Shown in pieces: positions 8,513 through 17,907 of a DNA stretch of 64,000 nucleotides. The translations under genes and the position numbers were made by a program. How positions within the stretch are numbered: position 1 is the first letter of the stretch; the number at the start of each line of letters is the position of its first letter. Where the stretch lies: contig DATEDJ010000004.1 of the NCBI GenBank assembly GCA_035281725.1, positions 5,915 through 69,914 on the forward strand. Direction: 5' to 3'. Under the pieces are notes generated by a model, which was not told the DNA's origin, made no database searches, and saw nothing but the letters and a program-made list of their open reading frames with translations. The stretch comes from Solirubrobacterales bacterium. Lineage in GTDB: Bacteria > Actinomycetota > Thermoleophilia > Solirubrobacterales > 70-9.

Positions 8513-9535
8513 TCAGTTGTCCCGCTCTTTGTGGCCGCCGAACTGGTAGCGCATCGCCGACAGCACTTTGTCGCCGAAGTCGCCGAGCTCGCGTGAGTAG
8601 AAGCGCTCGTGCAGCGCCGTGGTGAGGACCGGGGTCGGCACGCCCTCCTCGATCGCCGCGATCGAGGTCCAGCGCCCCTCGCCCGAGTCGGAGACGCGGC
8701 CGCTGAACTCGGCGAGCCCGGGGCTTTCGGCGAGCGCCGCCGCGGTCAGGTCGAGGAGCCACGAACCGACCACCGAGCCGCGTCGCCAGACCTCGGCGAT
8801 CGCCGGGATGTCGAGGTCGAATTCGTAGAACTCGGGCTGGTCGAGCGGCGCCGTCTCGGCATCGTCGAGCCGTTTGGTTTTCCCCGCGTCGGCATTCTCG
8901 AGGACGTTCAGCCCCTCCGCGTAGGCGGCCATGATCCCGTACTCGATCCCGTTATGGACCATCTTCACGAAGTGGCCGGCCCCGTTCGGGCCGCAGTGTA
9001 GGTAGCCGTTCTCGGCCGGGCTCGGGTCGCCGGTCATGCCCGGCGTGCGCGGCGCCGCGTCGACTCCCGGGGCGAGCGAGGCGAAGATCGGGCCGATGCG
9101 CTCGACCGCCTGGTCAGGCCCGCCGATCATCAGGCAGTAGCCGCGCTCGAGACCAAAGACGCCGCCGCTGGTGCCGCAGTCGACGTAGTCGATCCCTTTC
9201 TCGGCGGCCCGTTTCGCCCGCCGCATGTCGTCGCGGTAGTAGGAGTTGCCGCCGTCGATGATCGCGTCGCCGGACTCCAGCACCCCTTCCAGTCCCTGGA
9301 CGGTCTCTTCGGTGATGTTGCCCGCCGGGACCATCACCCAGACCGAGCGCGGCGCGGTCAGCTTCGCCGCCAGGTCCTCCAGCGAGGAGCAGCCGGTCGC
9401 GCCCTCCCCCTCGAGCGCCGTCACCGCGTCGGGGCTGACGTCGTAGGCGACGATCGTGTGGCCGTCTTTCATCAGCCGGCGGGCCATGTTGGCCCCCATG
9501 CGGCCGAGGCCGACGATTCCGAGCTCCATCTCCAT
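8513..9535 (-). CDS. gnd: 6-phosphogluconate dehydrogenase, decarboxylating (short Gnd/YqeC type)
   Basis: The real start is taken at MEMELGIVGLGRMGANMARRL (rc ATG at 9533-9535), preceded by GGAGGA. The listed ORF extends to 9739 through implausible Arg/Pro-rich sequence. The body has GGNSYY, DCGTSGG and HNGIEYG. Confidence 0.9.
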   Translation of the reverse strand: MEMELGIVGLGRMGANMARRLMKDGHTIVAYDVSPDAVTALEGEGATGCSSLEDLAAKLTAPRSVWVMVPAGNITEETVQGLEGVLESGDAIIDGGNSYYRDDMRRAKRAAEKGIDYVDCGTSGGVFGLERGYCLMIGGPDQAVERIGPIFASLAPGVDAAPRTPGMTGDPSPAENGYLHCGPNGAGHFVKMVHNGIEYGIMAAYAEGLNVLENADAGKTKRLDDAETAPLDQPEFYEFDLDIPAIAEVWRRGSVVGSWLLDLTAAALAESPGLAEFSGRVSDSGEGRWTSIAAIEEGVPTPVLTTALHERFYSRELGDFGDKVLSAMRYQFGGHKERDN

Positions 9536-9578
9536 CCTCCTGGTCTGGTCGGCGCTGCTTGCGAGCGCCCCGCATCCT

Positions 9579-9740
9579 AGTGCCGTGCCCGGTGACGGGC
9601 GCCCGGCTCTGGCGCAGGCATCGACGTGGCCGGCAAGGACGCAGACCCGAAGGCGTGGCAGAGCCCGTCGAGCGGTCGAGGACGCCGCCGGGCGCGGCGA
9701 GGGCCAGCCAGAGAGGGCGAACGGCACCGGGCACGGCACT
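9579..9740. promoter_or_regulatory. 16-bp perfect long-range inverted repeat in the gnd/zwf divergent intergenic region
   Basis: agtgccgtgcccggtg (9579-9594) pairs with caccgggcacggcact (9725-9740). The right arm ends 22 nt before the zwf ATG. Confidence 0.3.
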
Positions 9741-9762
9741 GGGCGGTAGCCTGCGCGCCACG

Positions 9763-11172
9763 ATGGCGAAACGGACGAAGGGACATCGCGACAAAGCCGC
9801 CGACGTGCTGGCGATCTTCGGGATCAGCGGCGACCTGGCGAAGAAAATGACCTTCCGGGCGCTCTACCGGATGGAGAAGTCCGGGGTGCTCGACATCCCG
9901 ATCGTCGGGGTCGCGCTTGACGACTGGGATGACGAGGCGCTGCGCGCCCACGCCCGCGCGGCGGTCGAGGCTACCGTCTCCGAGCCCGACGGCGAGGCGC
10001 TCGACGCGATGCTCGCCCGGCTCTCCTACGTCCAAGGGGACTATGGCGACGACGCCACCTTCGCAAGGGTGAAGAAGGGGCTCGGCAACGCCAAGCAGCC
10101 GGTCTTCTACCTGGAGATCCCGCCCTCGCTCTTCGCCACCGTGGTCAAGGGCCTCGGCAGGGCGGGGCTAGTGGAGCACGCCCACGTGGTGATCGAGAAG
10201 CCGTTCGGCCACGACCTCGAATCGGCGCGAGCGCTCAACGACGAATTACGCGAGGTGCTGGAAGAGGGCCAGATCCTGCGCATCGACCATTACCTCGGCA
10301 AGGAGCCGGTGATGGACATCGCCTACCTGCGCTTCGCCAACTCGATCCTCGAGCCGGTCTGGAACCGCGAGCACGTCTCCCACGTGCAGATGACGATCGC
10401 CGAGAACTTCGGCGTCGACGACCGCGGCCGCTTTTACGACGCGGTCGGGGCGATGCGCGATGTGATCCAGAACCATGCCCTGCAGGTGCTGGGGCTGATC
10501 GGGATGGAGCCGCCGAGCTACAACGACCCCGACTCGATCCGCGACAAGAAGCTCGAGTTCTTCAGGGCGATGCGAGCCGCCGACCCGAAACGGTACGTGC
10601 GCGGCCAATACGACGGCTTTCTCGAGGTCAAAGACGTCGCTCCGGACTCGACCACGGAGACCTTCGCGGCGGTCGAACTCAACGTCGACAACTGGCGCTG
10701 GAGCGGCGTCCCCTTCTTCATCCGCGCGGGCAAGAACCTTCCCTGCAAGTCGAGCGAGGTGACCGCTGTCTTCCGTCGGCCGCCCCAGCTCGGGATCGGC
10801 CACGGCAAGACCCCCGAACCGAATCAGCTGACCTTCCGCATCGAGCCGGAACCGGGCGCGCGGATGCGGCTGTTCCAGAAAAAGCCGACCGCCGAGGTGT
10901 TCGAGCCCGCCGACCTCGAGGTGCTCTTCGAACGCGAACCCGGCTCCGACCCAGAGCCCTACGAGCGCCTCCTCGGCGACGCCCTGAACGGCGTCCACAC
11001 CCTCTTCACCCGCCAGGACGCGATCGAGGAGACCTGGCGCGTCGTCCAGCCCCTGCTCGACCACCCCGGCAAGGTGCATCCGTACGAGCCAGGCACCTGG
11101 GGCCCCGACGCCGCCAACGAGCTGGTCAAGGGCGTCACCCACTGGTCCGAGCCCTGGCTGCCGGGCGGCTGA
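9763..11172 (+). CDS. zwf: Glucose-6-phosphate 1-dehydrogenase
   Basis: The internal ATG at 9763 gives MAKRTKGHRDKAADVLAIFGISGDLAKKMTFRALY (NADP-binding GxxGDLA). The body has EKPFGHDL and RIDHYLGKE. 469 aa. Confidence 0.93.
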   Translation: MAKRTKGHRDKAADVLAIFGISGDLAKKMTFRALYRMEKSGVLDIPIVGVALDDWDDEALRAHARAAVEATVSEPDGEALDAMLARLSYVQGDYGDDATFARVKKGLGNAKQPVFYLEIPPSLFATVVKGLGRAGLVEHAHVVIEKPFGHDLESARALNDELREVLEEGQILRIDHYLGKEPVMDIAYLRFANSILEPVWNREHVSHVQMTIAENFGVDDRGRFYDAVGAMRDVIQNHALQVLGLIGMEPPSYNDPDSIRDKKLEFFRAMRAADPKRYVRGQYDGFLEVKDVAPDSTTETFAAVELNVDNWRWSGVPFFIRAGKNLPCKSSEVTAVFRRPPQLGIGHGKTPEPNQLTFRIEPEPGARMRLFQKKPTAEVFEPADLEVLFEREPGSDPEPYERLLGDALNGVHTLFTRQDAIEETWRVVQPLLDHPGKVHPYEPGTWGPDAANELVKGVTHWSEPWLPGG

Positions 11173-11207
11173 GAGCTCCTCTTTCAGGGACGCTCGGTCG
11201 CTGTGGC

Positions 11208-11470
11208 GGATCGGCGGACCCCTTCTCTCACAACAGCAGGGAGGTTCGTTCAGGGGTCCGCCGACCCGCTCTCACGCTTCGGGGCCGTGGAGCGAAACCG
11301 TCGCTATGCGACGCAAAGGCTCCACAGCAAGCTGGGGTCCGAGGTCCGGCAGCTCTTCCCAGAAGGAATCGGCGCCAAGCTGAACCACCGCCGGCGCTTG
11401 TGAAGGGAGGTCCGATGGACCCTGAACGAACCTCCCGGCTGTTGTGAGTGAAGGGTCCATCGGACCTCGC
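11208..11470. repeat. MITE-like element: two inverted copies of hairpin family A (11211-11264 and 11407-11468) flanking ~140 bp
   Basis: Perfect 12-bp and 16-bp stems. The 30-nt loops are 28/30 identical once one is reverse-complemented. An internal hairpin at 11287-11325 carries CGTCGCTATGCGACG. A third family-A copy lies at 25879-25945. Confidence 0.8.
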
Positions 11471-11573
11471 TCCCCGCAAACCCCGTCCCTTGCAGGCATT
11501 TCTCCTCGGCCCAGCCGAATACCTAGTGGCCTGCTAGGTTTTTGGGCGCCCTAAGTAGGGCAGCCTAAGAACC

Positions 11574-12434
11574 ATGATCCCCACCTTCGTCATCACCCTG
11601 CGCGAGGGCGTCGAGGCCTCGCTCATCGTCGGCATCATCGCCGCCTTCCTGGTCAAGGAGGGGCGTAAAGACGCGCTGCGGCAGATGTGGGTCGGGGTCG
11701 GGATCGCCGTCGTCCTCTGCGCCGCGGTCGGGGTCGGCCTCGACCTGGTCAACGAAGAACTTCCGCAGAAGCAGCAAGAGGGGCTGGAGACGGTCGTCGG
11801 TCTGATAGCGGTGGTGACGATCAGCTACATGATCTTCTGGATGACCCGCCACTCGCGCGGGATCAAGGCCGAACTGGAGGGTGAGGCGGCGAGCGCCCTG
11901 GCCCGCGGCTCGGCGATGGCGCTGGTGGCGATGGCCTTCCTGGCCGTCCTGCGCGAGGGCTTTGAGACCTCGGTCTTCCTCCTCGCCGCCTTCCAGAACT
12001 CGACCAACACGGCCGCCGCCGGGGGCGGTGCCGTCCTCGGCCTGGTCGGCGCGGTGGCGATCGGCGTCGGCCTCTACCGCGGCGGCATCCGCATCAACCT
12101 CTCGAAGTTCTTCAAAATCACCGGCCTGATCCTGGTCTTCGTCGCCGCCGGGCTGCTGGCCACCGCCGCCCACACCGCCCACGAGGCGGGTTGGATCAGC
12201 AGCTTCCAGTCGGAGGCGGTGAGCCTGCGCTGGCTCGTCCACCCGGGCACGGTCACCGAATCGCTGCTGACCGGGATGCTCGGCCTCCGCCCGGCACCGA
12301 CCCAGATCGAGGCCTTCGTGTACCTGGTCTACGCGATCCCGATGGCGCTCTTCGTCCTCTGGCCCCGCGGCAGTCGCACGGCCCGCCGCAGCGGCGCCGG
12401 ACGCAGCGTCGGCGCGGCCCAGACCCCGGCCTAG
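11574..12434 (+). CDS. efeU: FTR1/EfeU-family ferrous iron permease
   Basis: 286 aa, multi-TM, with two REXXE motifs (LREGVEASL, LREGFETSV). Confidence 0.9.
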   Translation: MIPTFVITLREGVEASLIVGIIAAFLVKEGRKDALRQMWVGVGIAVVLCAAVGVGLDLVNEELPQKQQEGLETVVGLIAVVTISYMIFWMTRHSRGIKAELEGEAASALARGSAMALVAMAFLAVLREGFETSVFLLAAFQNSTNTAAAGGGAVLGLVGAVAIGVGLYRGGIRINLSKFFKITGLILVFVAAGLLATAAHTAHEAGWISSFQSEAVSLRWLVHPGTVTESLLTGMLGLRPAPTQIEAFVYLVYAIPMALFVLWPRGSRTARRSGAGRSVGAAQTPA

Positions 12435-12438
12435 CCCC

Positions 12439-13677
12439 ATGGCGCTCTCCCGGCGTCGTCTGCTCACCTCGGCCGGCATCGGCGCGGCCGGAGTCGGCCT
12501 CGGCGCCGGCGGCTACCTGATCGGCCACGACTCGGCGGAGGCCGAGGCGGCCGAAGCGACCGGCTCGGTCGCCTTCCACGGCGAGCACCAGGCGGGGATC
12601 GCGACCCCGACCCAGGACCGCCTCCACTTCGCCTCCTTCGACCTCGAAACGGAAAGCAAGGCCGAGCTGCGCGAACTGATGGAAGAGTGGACGAAGGCCA
12701 CGGTCGAGATGACCGAGGGCAAGATGATCGGCAACTACGCCGGCAACCACGACGAGCTGGCGCCGCCGGAAGACACCGGCGAGGCGGTCGGCCTGCCGGC
12801 CTCCAACCTGACCGTCACCTTCGGCTTCGGCCCCGGCATCTTCGACCGCCCCGGCCTCGGCCTCGCCGCGCAGCGCCCGACGGTGCTGAAGCCGCTGCCG
12901 CCGCTCCCCGGGGACGAACTGAACGGGCTCGAATCGGGCGGCGACATCTGCATCCAGGCCTGCGCCGACGACCCCCAGGTGGTCTTCCACGCGGTCCGCG
13001 ACCTGGCCCGGATCGGCCGCGGCACGGTGACCATGCGCTGGTCCCAGCTCGGCTTCGGCCGCACCTCATCCACGACCCGCACCCAGGAAACGCCGCGCAA
13101 CCTGTTCGGGATGAAAGACGGCACCGCCAACATCAAGGCCGAGGACGGCGAGGCGATGGACAGGTACGTCTGGGTCGACGAAGGGCCCGCCTGGATGCGC
13201 GGCGGCAGCTACCTGGTGACGCGCCGGATCCGGATGATCCTCGAGGTCTGGGACCGCTCGCCGCTGAAAGACCAGGAAGAAACGATCGGCCGCAAGAAGT
13301 ACAGCGGCGCGCCGCTGGGCGAGGAAGACGAGTTCGACCCGCTGCCGCTGGACGTCAAGGGCGACGACGGCAAACCGGTGATTCCGGAAAACAGCCACGT
13401 GCGGCTCGCCTCGGCGACCGAAAACGACGGCGTGCGCATCCTCCGCCGCGGCTACTCCTTCACCGACGGGGTCGACCAGAGCCTCGGCGAGCTCGAAGCG
13501 GGGCTCTTCTTCATCGCCTTCCAGCGCGACCCGGAAAAGCAGTTCGTCGCCCTGCAGCGCAAACTGGGACAGTTCGACGCGCTGAACGAGTACATCCACC
13601 ACGTCGGCAGCGCGGTCTTCGCCGTGCCGCGCGGGACGAAGCCCGGCGGCTACGTGGGTGAAGGTCTGTTCAGCTGA
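12439..13677 (+). CDS. efeB: Dyp-type peroxidase / deferrochelatase EfeB (Tat-exported)
   Basis: 412 aa. Twin-arginine signal MALSRRRLLTSAGIGAAG. Dyp features ...GMKDGTANI... and RRGYSF. Confidence 0.9.
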   Translation: MALSRRRLLTSAGIGAAGVGLGAGGYLIGHDSAEAEAAEATGSVAFHGEHQAGIATPTQDRLHFASFDLETESKAELRELMEEWTKATVEMTEGKMIGNYAGNHDELAPPEDTGEAVGLPASNLTVTFGFGPGIFDRPGLGLAAQRPTVLKPLPPLPGDELNGLESGGDICIQACADDPQVVFHAVRDLARIGRGTVTMRWSQLGFGRTSSTTRTQETPRNLFGMKDGTANIKAEDGEAMDRYVWVDEGPAWMRGGSYLVTRRIRMILEVWDRSPLKDQEETIGRKKYSGAPLGEEDEFDPLPLDVKGDDGKPVIPENSHVRLASATENDGVRILRRGYSFTDGVDQSLGELEAGLFFIAFQRDPEKQFVALQRKLGQFDALNEYIHHVGSAVFAVPRGTKPGGYVGEGLFS

Positions 13678-13859
13678 GGGCGGCGGCCGGATGAGAGCCG
13701 GCTGAACCTTTTCCGACCAGATTCGTCGGTCTTTGTTAGGGTCCCCTAAGCAGCACCCACCTGTGCCCGGGCTCCGTGACGAACGCCAAGTTGCGTCACG
13801 GGCCCGGGCACTCCCAACTTCCTCACCGCCACCAACTCTCACCAAGGAGCTTGCCGAGA

Positions 13860-15005
13860 ATGAACCGAGTCCCTGTCCGCGCCCTGATCGCCGCCATGGC
13901 CCTGGGCCTGATGGCGCTCTTCGTGGCCGCCTGCGGCTCGAGCAGCAGCGATGACTCTTCGGGCAACTCCGAACAGCTGGCCGTCAAGCTCACCGACGCC
14001 GGCTGCGAACCGCACGACGCCAACGCCAAGGCGGGCCCGATCGACTTCAAGGTCGAAAACGGCGGCTCCGCCAGCGTCACCGAGTTCGAGGTGCTGGAAG
14101 GCGAAACGATCCTCGGCGAGCGCGAGAACATCACCGAAGGTCTCTCCGGCAGCTTCTCGCTGACCCTCGAAGAAGGCGAATACACGATGCGCTGCAACGG
14201 CGGCACCGAAGAAGACGGGACGCTGAAGGTGACCGGCGAACTGGAAGCGAAGAGCAGCCCGGAGGTCGAAGAAGCGATCGACACCTACAAGAAGTACCTG
14301 CTGAAGAACTCCGAGGAACTGACCGAAAAGACGAAGCCGTTCGTCGCAGCGGTGATCGCGGGCAACATCGCCAAGGCGAAAGAGCTCTACGCGGCGCCGC
14401 GCGTCAACTACGAGCGCATCGAGCCGGTGGCGGAGTCCTTCGGCGACCTCGACCCGCGCATCGACGCGCGTGAGAACGACGTGCCGAAATCCGAATTCCG
14501 CGGCTTCCACCGGCTCGAGAAAGCGCTCTGGGACGAAGAAACGACGAAGAACATGGAACCGGTGGCCGAAGAGCTGCTGGAAAACGTCGAAGAACTCGAA
14601 GAACTGATCAAAGGCAAGGTCAAGATCCACGCGGTCGAGATCGCCAACGGCGCCAACGAGCTGCTGACCGAGGTCTCGACCTCGAAGATCACCGGTGAGG
14701 AGGAGCGCTACTCGCACATCGACCTGGTCGACTTCAAGGGCAACGTCGAAGGGGCCCGGGACGCGTTCCAATCGATCGCCCCGCTGATGGAAGAAAAAGA
14801 CCCGGCGCTGGTGGAAGAAGTCGAAAAGGACTTCGAAGCCGTCTACGCGGCGCTGAAGCCCTACGAAACGAGCAAGTGGCCCGGTTTCGTCCTCTACACG
14901 GAGCTGACCAAAGCCGACACCCGCAAACTGGCGCAGGTGATCGACACTCTGGCGGAGAAATTGTCGCTCGTTCCTGCCCAGATCGCGCAAGGCGAATCGG
15001 CTTAG
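13860..15005 (+). CDS. efeO: EfeO-type iron uptake lipoprotein (cupredoxin-like N-domain + imelysin/M75 domain)
   Basis: The internal ATG at 13860 gives MNRVPVRALIAAMALGLMALFVAACGSSSS (lipobox), with AAGGAG 12 nt upstream. The N-domain has EGEYTMRC. The C-domain has HRLEKALW and looks imelysin-like. Confidence 0.85.
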   Translation: MNRVPVRALIAAMALGLMALFVAACGSSSSDDSSGNSEQLAVKLTDAGCEPHDANAKAGPIDFKVENGGSASVTEFEVLEGETILGERENITEGLSGSFSLTLEEGEYTMRCNGGTEEDGTLKVTGELEAKSSPEVEEAIDTYKKYLLKNSEELTEKTKPFVAAVIAGNIAKAKELYAAPRVNYERIEPVAESFGDLDPRIDARENDVPKSEFRGFHRLEKALWDEETTKNMEPVAEELLENVEELEELIKGKVKIHAVEIANGANELLTEVSTSKITGEEERYSHIDLVDFKGNVEGARDAFQSIAPLMEEKDPALVEEVEKDFEAVYAALKPYETSKWPGFVLYTELTKADTRKLAQVIDTLAEKLSLVPAQIAQGESA

Positions 15006-15011
15006 CGCCGA

Positions 15012-15045
15012 CTCTCCGGCGGGCTCAGTGCGACCCGCCGGAGAG
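15012..15045 (+). terminator. Stem-loop after efeO (12-bp perfect stem, no U-tract)
   Basis: ctctccggcggg (15012-15023) pairs with cccgccggagag (15034-15045), beginning 7 nt after the efeO stop. Confidence 0.5.
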
Positions 15046-15065
15046 ATCCCTAGCCTGAGACGCCG

Positions 15066-16658
15066 ATGGATCAGGCCCAACAGATGAGCTTCGGAAGCAG
15101 TCCCGGCGAACGCGCGGACGCGCTGCTGGCCGAGCTGGGCTACGCCGAGTGGCGGGCCGGGCAGCGCGAGGCGGTGATCGCGGCGCTGGAAGGCCGCGAC
15201 TCGCTGATCGTGATGCCGACCGGCGGTGGCAAGAGCCTCTGCTACCAGCTGCCCGGGCTGGCCTCGGAGGACCTGACGATCGTCGTCAGCCCACTGATCG
15301 CGCTGATGCGCGACCAGTGGCTGCGGCTGACCCAGGCCGGGCACCCGGTGGCGATGGTCTCCTCGGCGATGGACGAAGAGGAATCGCGGGCGGCGCTGGA
15401 ATTGGTCCGCGACGGCCGCGCCCGGATCGTCTACTGCGCTCCCGAGCGCTTCGCCTCCAGCTTCTTCCTCGAGGCGATCGGCCATCGCAAGGTCGACCTC
15501 CTGGCGGTCGACGAGGCCCACTGCGTCTCCGAGTGGGGCCACGACTTCCGTCCCGACTACCTGCGGCTGCCGCAGATCGCCGAGCGGCTCGGCCGGCCGA
15601 CGGTGATGGCCTGCACGGCGACCGCGACGGTGCCGGTGGCGGTCGAGATCGCCCAGCGCTTCGAGATGCGCGAGCCGCTGCGGGTGCGGGCGGGCTTCGA
15701 CCGTCCCAACCTCTCCTTCGACGTCGTCGCGCTCGAGGGCAAGGGCTCGAAGGCGCGCCGCCAGGCGCTGCTCGAGACCGGCCTCGCCGATCCCGCCAAC
15801 CGCCCGGCGATCGTCTACTGCGGCACCCGCAAGGACACCGACGAGGTGGCCGAGGACCTGCGCGGCACCGGCCTGCGGGCGCTCGCCTACCACGCCGGGA
15901 TGGAAGGCCCCCAGCGCTCGGTGGTGCAGCGGCGGTTCATGTCCGGCGGCGAGGACGCGGTCGACGTGGTCGTCGCCACCAACGCCTTCGGCATGGGCGT
16001 CGACAAGGCCGACGTGCGCTCGGTCTGGCACATGGCGATCCCGACCAGCGTCGAGGCCTACTACCAGGAGGCGGGCCGCGCTGGCCGCGACGGCAGGCCC
16101 GCGAAGGCGGTGCTGCTGGCGATGAAGGCCGACCTCGGCCGGCTGGTCCGCTTCAACGAACAGCGGGCGGGCGACCCGGAGCTGGCGATCGCCCACGAGC
16201 GCGGCTGGCGCGCCTACCGGGCCATCAAAGAGTACGTCTACGGGACCCGCTGCCGGCGCGAAGCGCTGCTGCGCCACTTCGGCGACCGCCGCGCCGAGAC
16301 GCCGCCGCTGGAGCGCTGCTGCGACATCTGCGACCGGCTCGAATGGCTGCCGGATCCGGACACGATCGCGACCCGTCGCCCGTCCGGGTCGAAGTCCTCG
16401 GTGGCGCCGGCGCCTGACCTCTCCCCCGCCGACGCGCCGCTCTTCGAAGCACTGAAAGCCTGGCGCCTCGAAGCCGCCCAAGGCAAGCCCGCCTACACCG
16501 TCGCCAGCAACAAGACGCTGGCCGGGATCGCCGCCCGCCGCCCGGCCGGCCGCGCGGCGCTGATCGAGATCTCCGGCGTCGGCCCGGCCTTCGTCGGCAA
16601 GTACGCGGAGGACGTGCTCGCGTTGGTCGCCGAGCACGCCCCTCCGTTGGCCGCATAG
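15066..16658 (+). CDS. recQ: ATP-dependent DNA helicase RecQ
   Basis: 530 aa. PTGGGKSLCYQLP (Walker A), LLAVDEAHCVSEWGHDFRPDY (DEAH), VATNAFGMGVDK, YYQEAGRAGRDG, and a C-terminal HRDC-like region (LFEALKAWRLEAA...IAARRP). Confidence 0.93.
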   Translation: MDQAQQMSFGSSPGERADALLAELGYAEWRAGQREAVIAALEGRDSLIVMPTGGGKSLCYQLPGLASEDLTIVVSPLIALMRDQWLRLTQAGHPVAMVSSAMDEEESRAALELVRDGRARIVYCAPERFASSFFLEAIGHRKVDLLAVDEAHCVSEWGHDFRPDYLRLPQIAERLGRPTVMACTATATVPVAVEIAQRFEMREPLRVRAGFDRPNLSFDVVALEGKGSKARRQALLETGLADPANRPAIVYCGTRKDTDEVAEDLRGTGLRALAYHAGMEGPQRSVVQRRFMSGGEDAVDVVVATNAFGMGVDKADVRSVWHMAIPTSVEAYYQEAGRAGRDGRPAKAVLLAMKADLGRLVRFNEQRAGDPELAIAHERGWRAYRAIKEYVYGTRCRREALLRHFGDRRAETPPLERCCDICDRLEWLPDPDTIATRRPSGSKSSVAPAPDLSPADAPLFEALKAWRLEAAQGKPAYTVASNKTLAGIAARRPAGRAALIEISGVGPAFVGKYAEDVLALVAEHAPPLAA

Positions 16659-16806
16659 CCCTCCCGGCCGTTAAGTCGCTTGCACCCCGCGGCCTCGTCC
16701 CGTCTGGGGTCTACAGCCGAGTTCCCTGAGCGGCCGAAGCGCAAACCGCCTTGCAAGGGCCCTTGCGAGCGCGCGCCCAGGGGACCTCTCTTGGCACCCT
16801 GATGAC

Positions 16807-17907
16807 GTGCCCGGCTCGCCTCACCGACGGGCCGCGTCGGCGGCCGTCCTGATCGCCCTCGTCGCCTGCTGGGTCTGCGCCGGAGCGGCGAGCGCCGCGA
16901 CGGCCGGCTCCGCACTGAAGGGCGGCGTCCTCGTCCCGCAGGGCAAGCAGATCTACTTCGGCGTCTCCGACACCGGCGACCCGGCCAGCTTCGGCGAATT
17001 CAGCACGGCCGTCTCCAAGCACCCTGCGGTGATCGAGTCCTTCCGCGCCTGGGGCAGCGACCTGCGCGACTCGATCCAGCGCTGGGAGATCGCCCGCGCC
17101 CGACCGATGATCCACATCACCACCGCCGACCCGCAGACCGGCACCGAGATGCTGAGCCTGGCGGCGATCGCCAACGGCGCCGGCGACGGCTACCTGATCC
17201 GCCTCAACCACCTCTTCGCGGCGAAGAGGATGCGCGCCTACGTGCGGCCGCTGGGCGAGCCGAACCGCTGCCTCAACGTCTACGCCGCCTACGAATGCGC
17301 CGGCAAGCCGCGCGAGGTCGAAGACTCGGTCCGCAACTACCGTCGCGCCTTCCGCCGCATCTACGTGATCGTCCACGGCGGCGGCAAGGCGAAAGCGATC
17401 AACAAACGCCTCTTCGAAGCCGGTCTGCCGCCGCTCAACTCGACCCTCGGCGGGCTGCCGAAGGCGCCGGTGGCGATCGTCTGGAGCCCCCTCCCCTCCG
17501 GCTCGCCGACGACGAAGAAGAACCTGCCGCAGAACTATTTCCCGGGGAAGCAATGGATCGACTGGACGGGGACCGACTTCTACGCCTCCTATCCGGAATG
17601 GGGCGCGCTCACCCGCCTCTATGAACGCTATCCCGAAAAGCCGTTCGCGATCACCGAGTTCGGCGTCGAAGCGGGCGACGATCCGAACTTCGTCTCCCAC
17701 CTCTTCGCCTGGGTCCACGCCCACCCGCGGACGAAGATGATCGTCTACTACCAGGACTTCGGCTCGACCTCGAACTACCGGATCCAGAACTACGCGGAAA
17801 GCCTGGCGGTGCTCACCGACCGGCTGCACGACGGGCTTTTCCCCGCCTATGCGCCCGGTGCGCCGCACCTGCCGCCACCGCCCCCGGGTGGGCTCGAACC
17901 GGGTTAG
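16807..17907 (+). CDS. Secreted glycoside hydrolase, GH26-like
   Basis: 366 aa with a signal peptide. RPLGEPN (acid/base-like), IDWTGTDFYASYPEW and PFAITEFGVE (nucleophile-like) resemble GH26 mannanase-type motifs. The family call is tentative. Confidence 0.6.
   Translation: MPGSPHRRAASAAVLIALVACWVCAGAASAATAGSALKGGVLVPQGKQIYFGVSDTGDPASFGEFSTAVSKHPAVIESFRAWGSDLRDSIQRWEIARARPMIHITTADPQTGTEMLSLAAIANGAGDGYLIRLNHLFAAKRMRAYVRPLGEPNRCLNVYAAYECAGKPREVEDSVRNYRRAFRRIYVIVHGGGKAKAINKRLFEAGLPPLNSTLGGLPKAPVAIVWSPLPSGSPTTKKNLPQNYFPGKQWIDWTGTDFYASYPEWGALTRLYERYPEKPFAITEFGVEAGDDPNFVSHLFAWVHAHPRTKMIVYYQDFGSTSNYRIQNYAESLAVLTDRLHDGLFPAYAPGAPHLPPPPPGGLEPG

Noticed and set aside
11241-11256. GGTTCGTTCAGGGG in the family A loops (also at 25917-25931) resembles a tRNA T-arm (GGTTCGAATCC).
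   Set aside because: No acceptor, D or anticodon arms can be drawn around it. The motif sits in the loop of a long perfect hairpin and occurs in both orientations. It is not a tRNA or tmRNA.
11525-11573. An IdeR/Fur-type iron box upstream of efeU (CCTAG..CTAGG palindrome and direct CCTAAG repeats).
   Set aside because: I could not align it convincingly to the IdeR consensus TTAGGTTAGGCTAACCTAA or to a Fur box, as there are too many mismatches. It is left unannotated.
13839-16637. 932-aa ORF on the minus strand. Similar very long ORFs occur at 4946-6760(+), 22390-24051(-), 23568-25196(-), 26580-28298(-), 28557-29804(-), 38567-41332(+), 45557-47548(-) and 53706-55598(-).
   Set aside because: These are antisense or off-frame shadows of well-supported genes (efeO/recQ, the HK, the MFS transporters and others). 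Their translations are Arg/Gly/Pro/Asp-rich low-complexity strings, typical of open non-coding frames in ~70% GC DNA. None shows a recognisable domain.
15066-16658. RecQ helicase as part of a defence island.
   Set aside because: It has full-length canonical RecQ architecture including HRDC. It is flanked by iron-uptake and glycosidase genes, with no nuclease, methylase or other defence partner. It is treated as housekeeping.
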